From assembly GCA_965652295.1 (NCBI GenBank), contig CBFGTS010000005.1:1-64000 (forward strand): 64,000 nt of DNA, in the 5' to 3' direction. The position numbers and the translations under genes were made by a program. The stretch is from an uncultured Haloferula sp. (GTDB lineage Bacteria; Verrucomicrobiota; Verrucomicrobiia; Verrucomicrobiales; Akkermansiaceae). The notes under the pieces are model-generated. The model did not search any database. It was not told the DNA's origin and saw only the letters and a program-made list of their open reading frames with translations. The first letter of the stretch is position 1, and every line of letters starts with the position of its first letter. Shown in pieces: positions 48,800 through 61,093 of the stretch.

Positions 48800-48833
48800 C
48801 ATGGCCCGCCGGCGGTGATGCCGGCGGGCCATG
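48800..48833 (-). terminator. Hairpin downstream of katG
   Basis: catggcccgccggc-ggtgat-gccggcgggccatg, a perfect 14-bp stem. Confidence 0.65.
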
Positions 48834-48845
48834 AGAGTTCCGTTC

Positions 48846-52036
<3,191 letters not shown>

Positions 52037-52053
52037 GGTGGGGAGGCCGGCTT

Positions 52054-52902
52054 TCAGGTTTTGAAATCACGGAGCTGGAAGGCCAGCAGGCCGATGACGA
52101 AAAAGGTGACATCAAGGCCACCAAGGAAGGCGTAGGCTTCGGCGAGCTTCGGCCAGGAGATGTCCATCTCGAAAAGATACACCCAGCAACTCATCCGCCA
52201 GGTGATGAACCAATGCTCGAAGGGCTGGAAGAAAGGGAAGTTCTGCAGGATCATGTCCACGAACAGGATCGCCAGCGTGAGAATGGTCGCCGCGGCCGGT
52301 TTGATGCGGAAGCAGGAGAACATGAACGCCAGCGTCGAGAGCGTGATCATGCTCACCCCGATGCCCGCCGCGCCGAGCGCGATGCGGGTGATGCCCTCGC
52401 CCCACTCGGGATAGACGGCGAACACCTTCATCTTCGGCTCGGCGATGAAGAGCCCACCCTCCCAGCCGACGGCGATGACCGCCATCAGGTAGCCGGTGAT
52501 GCCGACGAAGAACACGAAGGAGAAGGTGTAAAGCGCGGTGGCGGTCCATTTCACCAGCAGCAGCCGGGCGCGGGAGATCGGCCGGGAAAGTACCAGCCGC
52601 AGGTTGCCATCCTCGGTTTCCTTCGCCACCACATCCCCCGCCACCAGGGCGAAGAAGATCGAGCCGAGCAGGAACATGCTCAGCAGCATGACCATGAAGG
52701 TGAGCGTCAGGGAGCTGAAGTAGAAGTCGGACTCGTAGCCGTTCCGCTCCATCAATTTCCGCATGTAGAGCTGGCCGTCGCTCAGGCGATAGACCAGCAC
52801 AATGATCAACTCCATGATGAGGAACGCGCCGTAACCCATGTAGGTCCGCGGGCGGGCGAAAAGCTTGCGAAGTTCGCCGCGAAGTTGTCGGAGAAACATC
52901 AT
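52054..52902 (-). CDS. ABC-2 type permease
   Basis: 6 TMs, E..DG.LR..L.RP.SR..LL..K motif. Confidence 0.85.
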   Translation of the reverse strand: MMFLRQLRGELRKLFARPRTYMGYGAFLIMELIIVLVYRLSDGQLYMRKLMERNGYESDFYFSSLTLTFMVMLLSMFLLGSIFFALVAGDVVAKETEDGNLRLVLSRPISRARLLLVKWTATALYTFSFVFFVGITGYLMAVIAVGWEGGLFIAEPKMKVFAVYPEWGEGITRIALGAAGIGVSMITLSTLAFMFSCFRIKPAAATILTLAILFVDMILQNFPFFQPFEHWFITWRMSCWVYLFEMDISWPKLAEAYAFLGGLDVTFFVIGLLAFQLRDFKT

Positions 52903-53786
52903 CGGGTGATTTCAAGATAAAGGTCTTCGAGCGAACGCCGGACGGGAGCAAAGGCGGAGACGCGGATGTGGAGGCCGACGAGGGCCGCCACCATGACCGC
53001 CGGATCGACCTCCTCCGGCAAGGTGATCCGGCCGGGCCGGAGCACCTTGCAGCCCTGGAGTTCGAGAAAGGGGAGAGCGGCGGCCATCGGTTCGAGGTCG
53101 ATCTCATAGATCCGCTCGTCGCCCCCGATGTCCGCCACACGGCCCTCGAAGACCCGACGGCCGGCCTTGAGGATGGCGACGCGATCGCACATCTGCTCGA
53201 CCTCGCCGAGCAGGTGGGAATTGAAGAGCACGGTCATTTTCTCGCTCTCCCGCAGCTTGAGAACGAAGTCGCGGAACCACTTGATGCCTTCGGGATCGAG
53301 GCCATCGGTCGGCTCGTCGAGCAGCAGTACACGCGGCATCGGCAGCAGCGCCTGGGCGAGCGCCAGCCGCTGGCGCATGCCGTGGGAATAGGTCCGCACC
53401 TTCGAGCGGATACGCTCGGAAAGCCCGACCATGTCGACGATCCGGGCGGCCTCGTGTGGATCGAACTTCGCCGAGTAGTTCACCAGGATCCGGAGATTCT
53501 CCCATCCACTAAGGTACTCGTAGAAGCTGGGTGCCTCGAAGATCGAGCCGACCCGCTTGAGAGCGCTGGCGCGCTCCCGCTGGACGGAAACGCCACCGAT
53601 GGTCGCCTCCCCTTCGTCGGGTGCCACCATGCCGAGGACGATGCCGAGCGTGGTGCTCTTGCCCGCGCCGTTGTGACCGAGCAGGCCGTATATTTCGCCT
53701 TCCGCGACGGAAAACGAGACGCCCTCCAGCGCCGGCTTGCCGCCGAATTTCTTGTGCAGGTTCGCCACTTCCAGCATCGTGCTCAT
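52899..53786 (-). CDS. ABC transporter ATP-binding protein
   Basis: GHNGAGKST, YSHGMRQR, LLLDEP, NSH. Confidence 0.93.
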   Translation of the reverse strand: MSTMLEVANLHKKFGGKPALEGVSFSVAEGEIYGLLGHNGAGKSTTLGIVLGMVAPDEGEATIGGVSVQRERASALKRVGSIFEAPSFYEYLSGWENLRILVNYSAKFDPHEAARIVDMVGLSERIRSKVRTYSHGMRQRLALAQALLPMPRVLLLDEPTDGLDPEGIKWFRDFVLKLRESEKMTVLFNSHLLGEVEQMCDRVAILKAGRRVFEGRVADIGGDERIYEIDLEPMAAALPFLELQGCKVLRPGRITLPEEVDPAVMVAALVGLHIRVSAFAPVRRSLEDLYLEITR

Positions 53787-54319
53787 TCGTCCACCGAGAA
53801 GTTGATTTCGTTCGAGGCGGACCAATCGGCGTAGAGGATGTTCGTCCCCAGATTCTCGCCGCTGCCCTCGTGCCAGTTCTCCTTGTCGTAAACGAGCGGG
53901 ATGCTCTCGACCTCCTTGTTTCCGAAAAACTCCAACCGCCCGAGGCGTCGGCCGCTGACCACCGGGTTCCAGCCGTAGCTCGATCCGGTTTTCTCGAACT
54001 CGCCGTCGTCGGCCGGGCAGTGGAAGACTTCTGGGTTCTGGAGGTAGGGCGCGAGCTCGACCTCCAGCACGTCCATGTACTCGCCCTTTTTCTCGCGCCC
54101 GGCGGAGAGGTCGGGCATCCGCTGGCCGTGCTCCTGGGTGTAGGTTTCCAGCGCCACGGCGATCTGGCGGAGGTTGTTGATGCAGCTCGCCCGGCGGGCC
54201 GAACGGACAGCGGAGCGGACAAGGGGAAACGAGAGCCCTGCCAACGCGACGATGATCAGCAGCGCCACCAGCAATTCGGTCAGGGTGAAGCCCCGCGCTC
54301 TGTCACGTCCGGGCTTCAT
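53783..54319 (-). CDS. Prepilin-type N-terminal cleavage/methylation protein (PVC DUF1559-like)
   Basis: RGFTLTELL, C.NNLRQI, FHCPAD, H...NILYAD. Confidence 0.88.
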   Translation of the reverse strand: MKPGRDRARGFTLTELLVALLIIVALAGLSFPLVRSAVRSARRASCINNLRQIAVALETYTQEHGQRMPDLSAGREKKGEYMDVLEVELAPYLQNPEVFHCPADDGEFEKTGSSYGWNPVVSGRRLGRLEFFGNKEVESIPLVYDKENWHEGSGENLGTNILYADWSASNEINFSVDE

Positions 54320-54939
54320 TCACGCATGGGGAATTCGTTGCCGCTGAGCCCTTTCATCACGCCGTCCATGGCCTCCATCAACGGCGCGAGATCGAGCTTG
54401 GTATCGGCCCCGGCTTTCTCGAAATACGCGCGCATTCCCTCCTCGGTCACCCGCGCCAGCAACTCCTCGCTGACTTCACGGGCCCGCTGCATTTCCTCCT
54501 CGGTCCGTCCGTCCTCGATTTCGGCAAGCGCGTCATCCACGATCTTCTGACGCTCGGCTGGCGTCATCGCATCCACGGCTTTCATGAAGGTCTCCATGGA
54601 GGCGCGGATGGTCAGCTCGACGAAGCGCTCCTTTTCGGCGTCCGTCAGCTTCGCGAACATGTCCTCGCCGATCCGCTGTTCGCGGGCACGCTGGCGCTCG
54701 GAGAAATCGAGCCGGTTGAACATGCCGGCGATCTCCAGGAGTTCGCGTTCGCGTTCGGCATCGGACACCCCCTCCGGAATGCCATCCGACCAGTTCTCGA
54801 AGCTGGCATCCTCGATCGCCCGCTCGATGTTCTCGGCCGTGACCCTTTTCGAACCCGCGTAGTGGCGGATGCCGATGACCACCGCCCAGACCAGGAGGAG
54901 CCCGAGAACCGCGCGCAGGATGACCGTGCTTTTCGCCAT
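54316..54939 (-). CDS. Hypothetical protein with N-terminal TM anchor, helical
   Basis: ORF coupled to the prepilin gene by an ATGA overlap. Confidence 0.75.
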   Translation of the reverse strand: MAKSTVILRAVLGLLLVWAVVIGIRHYAGSKRVTAENIERAIEDASFENWSDGIPEGVSDAERERELLEIAGMFNRLDFSERQRAREQRIGEDMFAKLTDAEKERFVELTIRASMETFMKAVDAMTPAERQKIVDDALAEIEDGRTEEEMQRAREVSEELLARVTEEGMRAYFEKAGADTKLDLAPLMEAMDGVMKGLSGNEFPMRE

Positions 54940-54983
54940 GCGAGCCTAGACTAGACGCGATCCGTCCGCGCGCAAGCCGACGA

Positions 54984-56525
54984 CTAACGCCGGAAACCCG
55001 CTTTGAGTTCGGCGAGAGTCGTGGCTTTCAGGGCCAAGGCGAGAGCACCGTAGGAGGCCGCGCCGCCCGCGACCAATGCGAACATGGCCGCAAACCGCTG
55101 CCACTGCGCGCCGCCAAACCACGGGTCCAGCCATCCGCGGAGAAACCAGACCACCACGCCCATCGCGCTGGCGGCGACGAAGATCCGCAGGAGCTGGGAG
55201 CGTCGCCGGGCACCGAGGCCCAGCCGCCCATGCAGTCCGATTGCAAGCATGATCACGTTCACCCAGCCGGCCAAGCTGGTCGCGATGGCGATGCCGATGA
55301 AACCGACGAAGCGGAAAAGCACCAAGCTGCCGATCGCGTTGGTGAGCACCGTGACGATGGCGATCTTCATTGGTGCCTTGGTATTCTCCCGGGCGAAATA
55401 CCCTGCCTGTAGTACTTTCACCAGCACGTAGGCGGGAAGTCCGAGGGCGAAACAGGCGAGAGCCATCGAAACCGGGGCGGTCGCCCCATCTGCCGCAAAC
55501 TCACCACGCTCGTAGATCGGAGCGACGAAGGCGGACGGCGTGACGACAAAGGCAATCATCGCGGGCAGCGTGATGAGCATGGAAAGCAGGACCCCCTGAC
55601 CGATCGTATCGTTCGCCTCCAGCTCCCTGCCCGAGCGGAGCAGACGGGTGATTTCCGGCAGCAAAACGACGCCAAAAGCGGCACCAATCATGCCGTTGGG
55701 GAGTTGGAAAAGGCGGTCTGCAAAGTTAAGACTGCTGATGGCGGCTTTCTCGGAAGAAGCGATGGCGGTTCCGACCACGAGATTGATCTGCTGGATACCC
55801 GCGGCCACCACGCCGGGACCCATGAGGATCAGCAGCCGGCGGATGCGTGGAGTGAGTTCCGGCATCTTCGGCAAGATATGGATACCCAATTTCCACACCG
55901 CCGCCCACAGAAGAAGAAGTTGAGCGAAGCCAGCGGCACACACCGACCATGAAACGGCAGTGCCGATAAGCTCGAGCTCGCCACGCCAGTGGAAGACCGG
56001 AACGAGGATCCCGAGGACCACCAGCATCAGCACGTTCAGAAGCACCGGTGCGAACGCAGGCAGGGAGAATACCTTCAGGGTGTTGAGCACGCCGCTGAGG
56101 TGAGCGGAGAGTGCCATGCAAAGCAGATAGCTGAACATGATCCGTGCGTAAGCAACGGTCAGCTCGTACATTTCCGGTCCGGCCGCCGGGACCAGTATCC
56201 GCGCAAACCACGGCATGGCGGGAATCAGGATGACGGTGGCGATGAGCAACACGCCGCCAAGCCAGGTGAAAGCGTTGCGGGCGAAGCGGTGGGCGGCTTC
56301 TTCGTTTCCCTCCGCGAGTTCACGACCGAAGAGTGGCACGAAAGCGGAGTTGAACGCGCCTTCGCCGAAGATCCGGCGGAACATGTTCGGCAACCGGAGA
56401 GCGGCGTAGAACGCGTCGGTGACGACACCCGTGCCAAGGAACGCGGCCATGAACATTTCACGGATCAAGCCGAGGACGCGGCTCATCATGGTGAATCCGC
56501 CAACCGTGAACAGGGATCGGAGCAT
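54984..56525 (-). CDS. murJ: Lipid II flippase MurJ
   Basis: SRVLGLIRE, RLPNMFRRIFGEGAF..AFVP, ADRLFQLP. Confidence 0.95.
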   Translation of the reverse strand: MLRSLFTVGGFTMMSRVLGLIREMFMAAFLGTGVVTDAFYAALRLPNMFRRIFGEGAFNSAFVPLFGRELAEGNEEAAHRFARNAFTWLGGVLLIATVILIPAMPWFARILVPAAGPEMYELTVAYARIMFSYLLCMALSAHLSGVLNTLKVFSLPAFAPVLLNVLMLVVLGILVPVFHWRGELELIGTAVSWSVCAAGFAQLLLLWAAVWKLGIHILPKMPELTPRIRRLLILMGPGVVAAGIQQINLVVGTAIASSEKAAISSLNFADRLFQLPNGMIGAAFGVVLLPEITRLLRSGRELEANDTIGQGVLLSMLITLPAMIAFVVTPSAFVAPIYERGEFAADGATAPVSMALACFALGLPAYVLVKVLQAGYFARENTKAPMKIAIVTVLTNAIGSLVLFRFVGFIGIAIATSLAGWVNVIMLAIGLHGRLGLGARRRSQLLRIFVAASAMGVVVWFLRGWLDPWFGGAQWQRFAAMFALVAGGAASYGALALALKATTLAELKAGFRR

Positions 56526-56546
56526 GGAAGAAGTCGGTGAGAAACG

Positions 56547-57572
56547 TCAGCCCACCGAGGCGCGGCGGAGCCGGTCCATAATGGCTTGGCCGAGACCCAT
56601 GTCGCTGATCGGCTCGGCGACGATGAAGTCGAGCCCGGCTTCGTCGAGAGTCCGCATCACGTGGAACAGGCGCACGGCCGCTTCGGCGAGTTTTCCGCTG
56701 CCGGGGCTGAGCGATTCGACCATCGCCCAGTCGTGGAGCTTCAGGTAGCCGGCCTTGGGGTCCTCCTTGTAGCTGAGGAGGCCGTATCGCTTGCCAGGCT
56801 CCGGTTTGAAGTCAGCCGGTTTGTCGAACATCAGCAATGGAGTACGAGGAGCATAGTGGCTGGCGAGCTGGCCGGGGGCCTCGGGGGAATCGATCAGGCG
56901 CTTCTTTTCGACAATGACACGGCCGAAATTCTGAAGCTCCTTTTTGGTGATCGGTCCCGGGCGCAGGATGTGAAGCTCCGGCCGTTTCTCGCCGGGCTCG
57001 ACGCGGACGATGGTGCTCTCCAGCCCGTCGCGGCACGCCCCGGCGTCGACGATGAGCGGGATCCGGCCGCCGAGTTCCTTCATCACGGCACTGGCGGAAG
57101 TCGGGGAAATCCGGCCGAAACGGTTGGCACTGGGAGCCGCGATCGGGCGACCGAGCTCCTTGCCGATACCACGGAAGACCTTACTGGCGCTTTGACGCAC
57201 GGCGACGGTCGGGTGGCCGCTGGTGACGAGATCCGGAACGCGGTCGGTCTTCGGCAGGACGAGGGTAAGCGGGCCCGGCCAGAAGGCGGACATGAGCTTA
57301 CGGATGGTGGGCTCGATCTCCTCGGGAATGGTCGCGACATCCTCAAGCTGCTTGACGCTGGCGATGTGGACGATGAGCGGATCGAAGCTGGGCCGTTCCT
57401 TGACCTCGAAAACCTTGGCCACGGCCTCGGGGTTGAAGGCATCCGCCGCGAGGCCATAGACGGTCTCGGTGGGCACCGCGACGACCTCACCCTGCTCCAA
57501 CAGCGCGGCGGCTTCACGGACGGCGTCCTTCATGTCGTCGTCTTCAGCCTGGATGATGCGGGTGTCGGGCAC
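56547..57572 (-). CDS. tsaC: L-threonylcarbamoyladenylate synthase (Sua5/TsaC)
   Basis: PTETVYGLAA, K.RP..DPLIVH, FWPGPLT, APSAN.FG..SPT and Sua5 C-terminal PGQLASHYAP. Confidence 0.93.
   Translation of the reverse strand: MPDTRIIQAEDDDMKDAVREAAALLEQGEVVAVPTETVYGLAADAFNPEAVAKVFEVKERPSFDPLIVHIASVKQLEDVATIPEEIEPTIRKLMSAFWPGPLTLVLPKTDRVPDLVTSGHPTVAVRQSASKVFRGIGKELGRPIAAPSANRFGRISPTSASAVMKELGGRIPLIVDAGACRDGLESTIVRVEPGEKRPELHILRPGPITKKELQNFGRVIVEKKRLIDSPEAPGQLASHYAPRTPLLMFDKPADFKPEPGKRYGLLSYKEDPKAGYLKLHDWAMVESLSPGSGKLAEAAVRLFHVMRTLDEAGLDFIVAEPISDMGLGQAIMDRLRRASVG
56653..56668. promoter_or_regulatory. Degenerate parS-like site
   Basis: cgcatcacgtggaaca; one half matches TGTTCCACGTG. Confidence 0.4.
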
Positions 57573-57599
57573 GCGTTTGGGATAGTCGGACGTGGCGCA

Positions 57600-57970
57600 G
57601 GCGGCAAGCCGGGGTTTGCGTCGGGAACGGCCTGGGAATAACCCGGGGTTCGTTCGGGAGAAAGTTCGGGCCCTCCTCGCGGATGGCGGGACGCTCACGG
57701 TTGTGAGGGGGTTTTCCCACAGCTTTCATAGGCGTGGAATCCCCGGGGCTGTAAGTGGAACCTGGATTCTTCCCGCTTATCCACACGACTAAGATGAAGA
57801 TGTTTGGGTGGTTCCAAAAGATCTCATCTTCTACTCTGTGAGGAACTTCGGGTGGAGGAGCGGCGGAACGTGTCCGCCAGGAGTGGTCGCTGTCGGCGGT
57901 CTTCCCCCGGTGATTCCCGGCGAACCGGTTTCGCTGCTCCGTTTCAGCGAGCAGCAAACCTGAAGGGGGC
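57600..57970. other. Candidate replication origin (oriC) with DnaA boxes
   Basis: Perfect TTATCCACA at 57777-57785; near matches at 57633-57641, 57713-57721 and 57837-57845; intergenic; near parS sites and mnmG. Confidence 0.5.
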
Positions 57971-57971
57971 C

Positions 57972-58007
57972 AAAAAGAAGCGGCACCCGCCGGAGTGGGT
58001 GCCGCTT
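57972..58007 (-). terminator. Intrinsic terminator after pdhC
   Basis: aagcggcaccc...gggtgccgctt stem with a T tract on the minus strand. Confidence 0.85.
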
Positions 58008-58033
58008 GGAGAATCATCGTTCGTGAAGAGACG

Positions 58034-59338
58034 TTAGATGAGCATCAGGGCGGGCTGCTCAAGGAGCTTTTTCATTTCCGCGAGGAACTGGGCCGCGACG
58101 GCCCCGTCGACGACGCGGTGGTCGCAGCTGATGCCGAGGTTCATCCGCAGGCCGGGAACGATCTGGCCGTCCTTGACGACGGGCTTTTCGATCGCGCCCC
58201 CGACGCTGACGATCAGGGCCTGAGGCGGGTTGACAATAGCATCGAAGGATTCGACGCCCCAGGCACCGAGGTTGGAGACGGTGATGGTGCCGCCGTCGAA
58301 CTCGCTCGGTTTGAGTTTTTTGTCCTTGGCGCGGGCGGCCATGTCCTTGACCTCCTTGGAGATCTGGAGGAGCGACTTGGTCTCGGCGTTCTTGATGACG
58401 GGAGTGACGAGGCCGTCCTCGACGGCGATGGCGACGGACATGCCGACACTGGCGAACTGGACAATCGAGTCGCCGGCGAAGGAGGCATTCACGGCGGGCA
58501 CGGCCTGGGCGGCGTTGATGGCGGCTTTGAGGACGAAGTCGTTGACCGAGTACTTGTTGCCGTGGGTCTGCTCGGCCTGGGTGTTGACCTGCTTGCGCAG
58601 CGCCATCAGCGGTGCCATGTCGACTTCCGCGTGGAGGTAGAAGTGGGGGATGGTCTGCTTGGAGAGCAGGAGGCGCTCCGCGATGATCTTGCGCATCGAG
58701 CTGAGCGGCAGGGTCTGGTCGCCTTCTTTCGCGGTCGGCTGGATGGCTTGGGGAGCGGGTGCAGGAGCCGGTGCGGAGGATTTCGCCTTGGCGGCGGCGG
58801 CAAGACCGGCGGCAGCGCTGGCCTGTGAGCTTTTCGGAGCGGGAGCGCCTTTGGCGGCTTCGACGTCGGCCTTCACGATGCGGCCGGCGGGGCCGGAGCC
58901 CTGAAGTGTGGAAAGCTCGACTCCGTTCTCCGCGGCGATTTTACGGGCGAGGGGCGAGGCTTTGATGCGGTCACCGGATTCGGTCGTCGCCTCGGCCTTG
59001 GATGCCGGCGTTTGCGGGGCGGGGGCGGCTTGTTGTTCGGCGGGCTTGGCAGGAGCAGCTTCGGCTGCCTTCGGAGCCTCGGGTGATGCGGTTCCGGCAT
59101 CGTCGCCATCAAGCACGGCGAGGACGCCACCGATGGGGGCCTTTTCGCCTTCCTGGACGCGGATCTCGGTGATGGTGCCTTCGTCGAACGCTTCCATTTC
59201 CATGGTCGCCTTGTCGGTTTCGACTTCAGCGACGATGTCGCCGATCTCGACGCTGTCGCCGACCTGCTTGTGCCATTTGATGAGAGTACCCTCGGACATG
59301 GTGTCCGAGAGCTTGGGCATTTCGATGTTGATAGCCAT
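58034..59338 (-). CDS. pdhC: Pyruvate dehydrogenase E2 dihydrolipoamide acetyltransferase
   Basis: Lipoyl ETDKATME, ASPLARK binding domain, DHRVVDG. Confidence 0.95.
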   Translation of the reverse strand: MAINIEMPKLSDTMSEGTLIKWHKQVGDSVEIGDIVAEVETDKATMEMEAFDEGTITEIRVQEGEKAPIGGVLAVLDGDDAGTASPEAPKAAEAAPAKPAEQQAAPAPQTPASKAEATTESGDRIKASPLARKIAAENGVELSTLQGSGPAGRIVKADVEAAKGAPAPKSSQASAAAGLAAAAKAKSSAPAPAPAPQAIQPTAKEGDQTLPLSSMRKIIAERLLLSKQTIPHFYLHAEVDMAPLMALRKQVNTQAEQTHGNKYSVNDFVLKAAINAAQAVPAVNASFAGDSIVQFASVGMSVAIAVEDGLVTPVIKNAETKSLLQISKEVKDMAARAKDKKLKPSEFDGGTITVSNLGAWGVESFDAIVNPPQALIVSVGGAIEKPVVKDGQIVPGLRMNLGISCDHRVVDGAVAAQFLAEMKKLLEQPALMLI

Positions 59339-59428
59339 GGATTGAGTGAGGAAAGGGGCTGCGCCGGGAGGCTTGCCCGAAGCGGGGGTCAAATCCAGCG
59401 TTTTCGGAGATGCTGAGCTTGCGGTGGG

Positions 59429-59466
59429 AAAAAGAAAGCGGAGCTCGGCATGACCGGGCTCCGCTT
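59429..59466 (-). terminator. Intrinsic terminator after the Cys-rich lipoprotein gene
   Basis: aagcggagctcgg...ccgggctccgctt stem with a T tract on the minus strand. Confidence 0.8.
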
Positions 59467-59499
59467 GGAAAGCAGGGTTGGAAAATCAGATGATCTCGC

Positions 59500-59889
59500 T
59501 CAAGGGGCGATCGGCTTCATCGTCGGGATCAGGCCAATATGCGGGCTGCCGGAGGCACCTTGGGCGGTGGCCATCTTGCGGGCGGCCTCGGTGTTGGAGC
59601 CGCAGCAGCCTTCCTTGAGGCAGTAGAAGCGGACGCAGCTCGGGCACTTCACGAAGACCTTCCTGGTGCGCTCTTTGTAGCGGGGAACTTTCTTCTCGGT
59701 GACTTCGACGAGGCCGGACTTGGCGTCGATCACCTTTTCTTCGCGGACGATGTCGTAGCCGCAAGCCTTGGCTTGGTAGGTTTCCGTCTTCACGCCGGAA
59801 AAGAAGTTCCGCACGCCAAACATGGAGCAGCAGGAGCTGAAGCCGAGGGAGAGGGCTACGAGCGACAGGAGCAGGGTCAGGTTTTTCAT
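59500..59889 (-). CDS. Cysteine-rich lipoprotein
   Basis: Lipoprotein signal ending FSSCC; further Cys in KACG and KCPSC...YC...GCCG. Confidence 0.8.
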   Translation of the reverse strand: MKNLTLLLSLVALSLGFSSCCSMFGVRNFFSGVKTETYQAKACGYDIVREEKVIDAKSGLVEVTEKKVPRYKERTRKVFVKCPSCVRFYCLKEGCCGSNTEAARKMATAQGASGSPHIGLIPTMKPIAP

Positions 59890-59910
59890 GTGAATCAGTA
59901 AGATGAAGGG

Positions 59911-59985
59911 TCAGAAGAGGCAGCAGCAGGACGAGACCGCGAGGCACGCCATGGTGATGATGACAAGACGGACGAGGTTGAACAT
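59911..59985 (-). CDS. 24-aa micro-lipoprotein-like ORF MFNLVRLVIITMACLAVSSCCCLF
   Basis: Translated manually. Host-like C-ending codons and a signal-peptide + SSC lipobox pattern. Confidence 0.6.
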   Translation of the reverse strand: MFNLVRLVIITMACLAVSSCCCLF

Positions 59986-60054
59986 TGTTGGAATGCTACG
60001 GTTGGCGGGATCGCTGGCAACGAAAAAGCTTGGTCGTGACGGAGTTGGTCGCGT

Positions 60055-61041
60055 TCAGCCCATGGTCAGCACGCGCTCGATGATGCGCCGCGGGTTCGGA
60101 AGCTGTTCGGGCTCGACGAAGGGCGAGTAGATCGCCGGGGCGTCGCGGGTGGTGACGCGTTTGATCGGCGCGTCGAGGTAATCGAAGGCCTCGTCCTGGA
60201 TGATGTGCGAAACCATGGCGGAAACGCCGCCGAAGCCCTTGGATTCGTCGACCAGAACGACGCGGTTGGTTTTGCGGACGGTGGCGAGGATCGCCTCGAC
60301 ATCGAGCGGCCGGATTGAGCGGAGATCGAGCACCTCGGCGGAAATGCCGTGTTCTTCCTTGAGTTTCTCGGCAGCGGCGAGCGCGTGGAGGACGGAGCGG
60401 CCATGGGCGATGAGGGAGACGTCGGAGCCCTCGCGCTTGAGGTCGGCCTTGCCCAACGGAACGACGTGATCGCCCTCGGAGGGGTCGGGAACCTCGCCGG
60501 AGGTGCCGTAAAGGAGGACGTTCTCCATCACGTAGACCGGGTCGTTGTCGCGGATCGCGGCCTTGATCAGTCCTTTGGCGTCGGAAGGGGTCGCGGGCAC
60601 GCAGACCTTGAGGCCGGGGAAGGACGCGAACAGGGCCTCGGGCACGTGGCAGTGGGTGGCGCCGACGTTGTTGCCGCCGTTGGCGGGGCCGCGCATGACG
60701 ATCGGGACATTAATCAACCCGCCGGACATGTAGCGGACGCAGGCGGCGTTGTTGACGAGCTGGTCGAAGGCGACGGAGTGGAACGACCAGAACATCAGCT
60801 CCATGACCGGACGGACGCCGAGCATGGAGGCGCCGACGCCCATGCCGATGAAGCCGGCTTCGGAAATCGGGGTGTCGACGACGCGCTTGTCGCCCCACTT
60901 GGCCCAGAGGCCTTCGGTGACCTTGTAGGCGCCGTTGTACTGGGCCACTTCCTCGCCGAGGATGACGACGTTCTCGTCGCGGGCGAGTTCCTCATCAAGG
61001 CCTTCACGGAGCGCTTCGCGGTAAGTCAGGGTGCGGGACAT
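60055..61041 (-). CDS. pdhB: Pyruvate dehydrogenase E1 beta
   Basis: GEEVA.Y.GAYKVT, DTPISEAGF, DLRSIRPLD. Confidence 0.95.
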   Translation of the reverse strand: MSRTLTYREALREGLDEELARDENVVILGEEVAQYNGAYKVTEGLWAKWGDKRVVDTPISEAGFIGMGVGASMLGVRPVMELMFWSFHSVAFDQLVNNAACVRYMSGGLINVPIVMRGPANGGNNVGATHCHVPEALFASFPGLKVCVPATPSDAKGLIKAAIRDNDPVYVMENVLLYGTSGEVPDPSEGDHVVPLGKADLKREGSDVSLIAHGRSVLHALAAAEKLKEEHGISAEVLDLRSIRPLDVEAILATVRKTNRVVLVDESKGFGGVSAMVSHIIQDEAFDYLDAPIKRVTTRDAPAIYSPFVEPEQLPNPRRIIERVLTMG

Positions 61042-61093
61042 CGGGGATGGTGTTCGGGAGTCGGTTGCGAACTACTAGATCTTTCGTAGAAAA

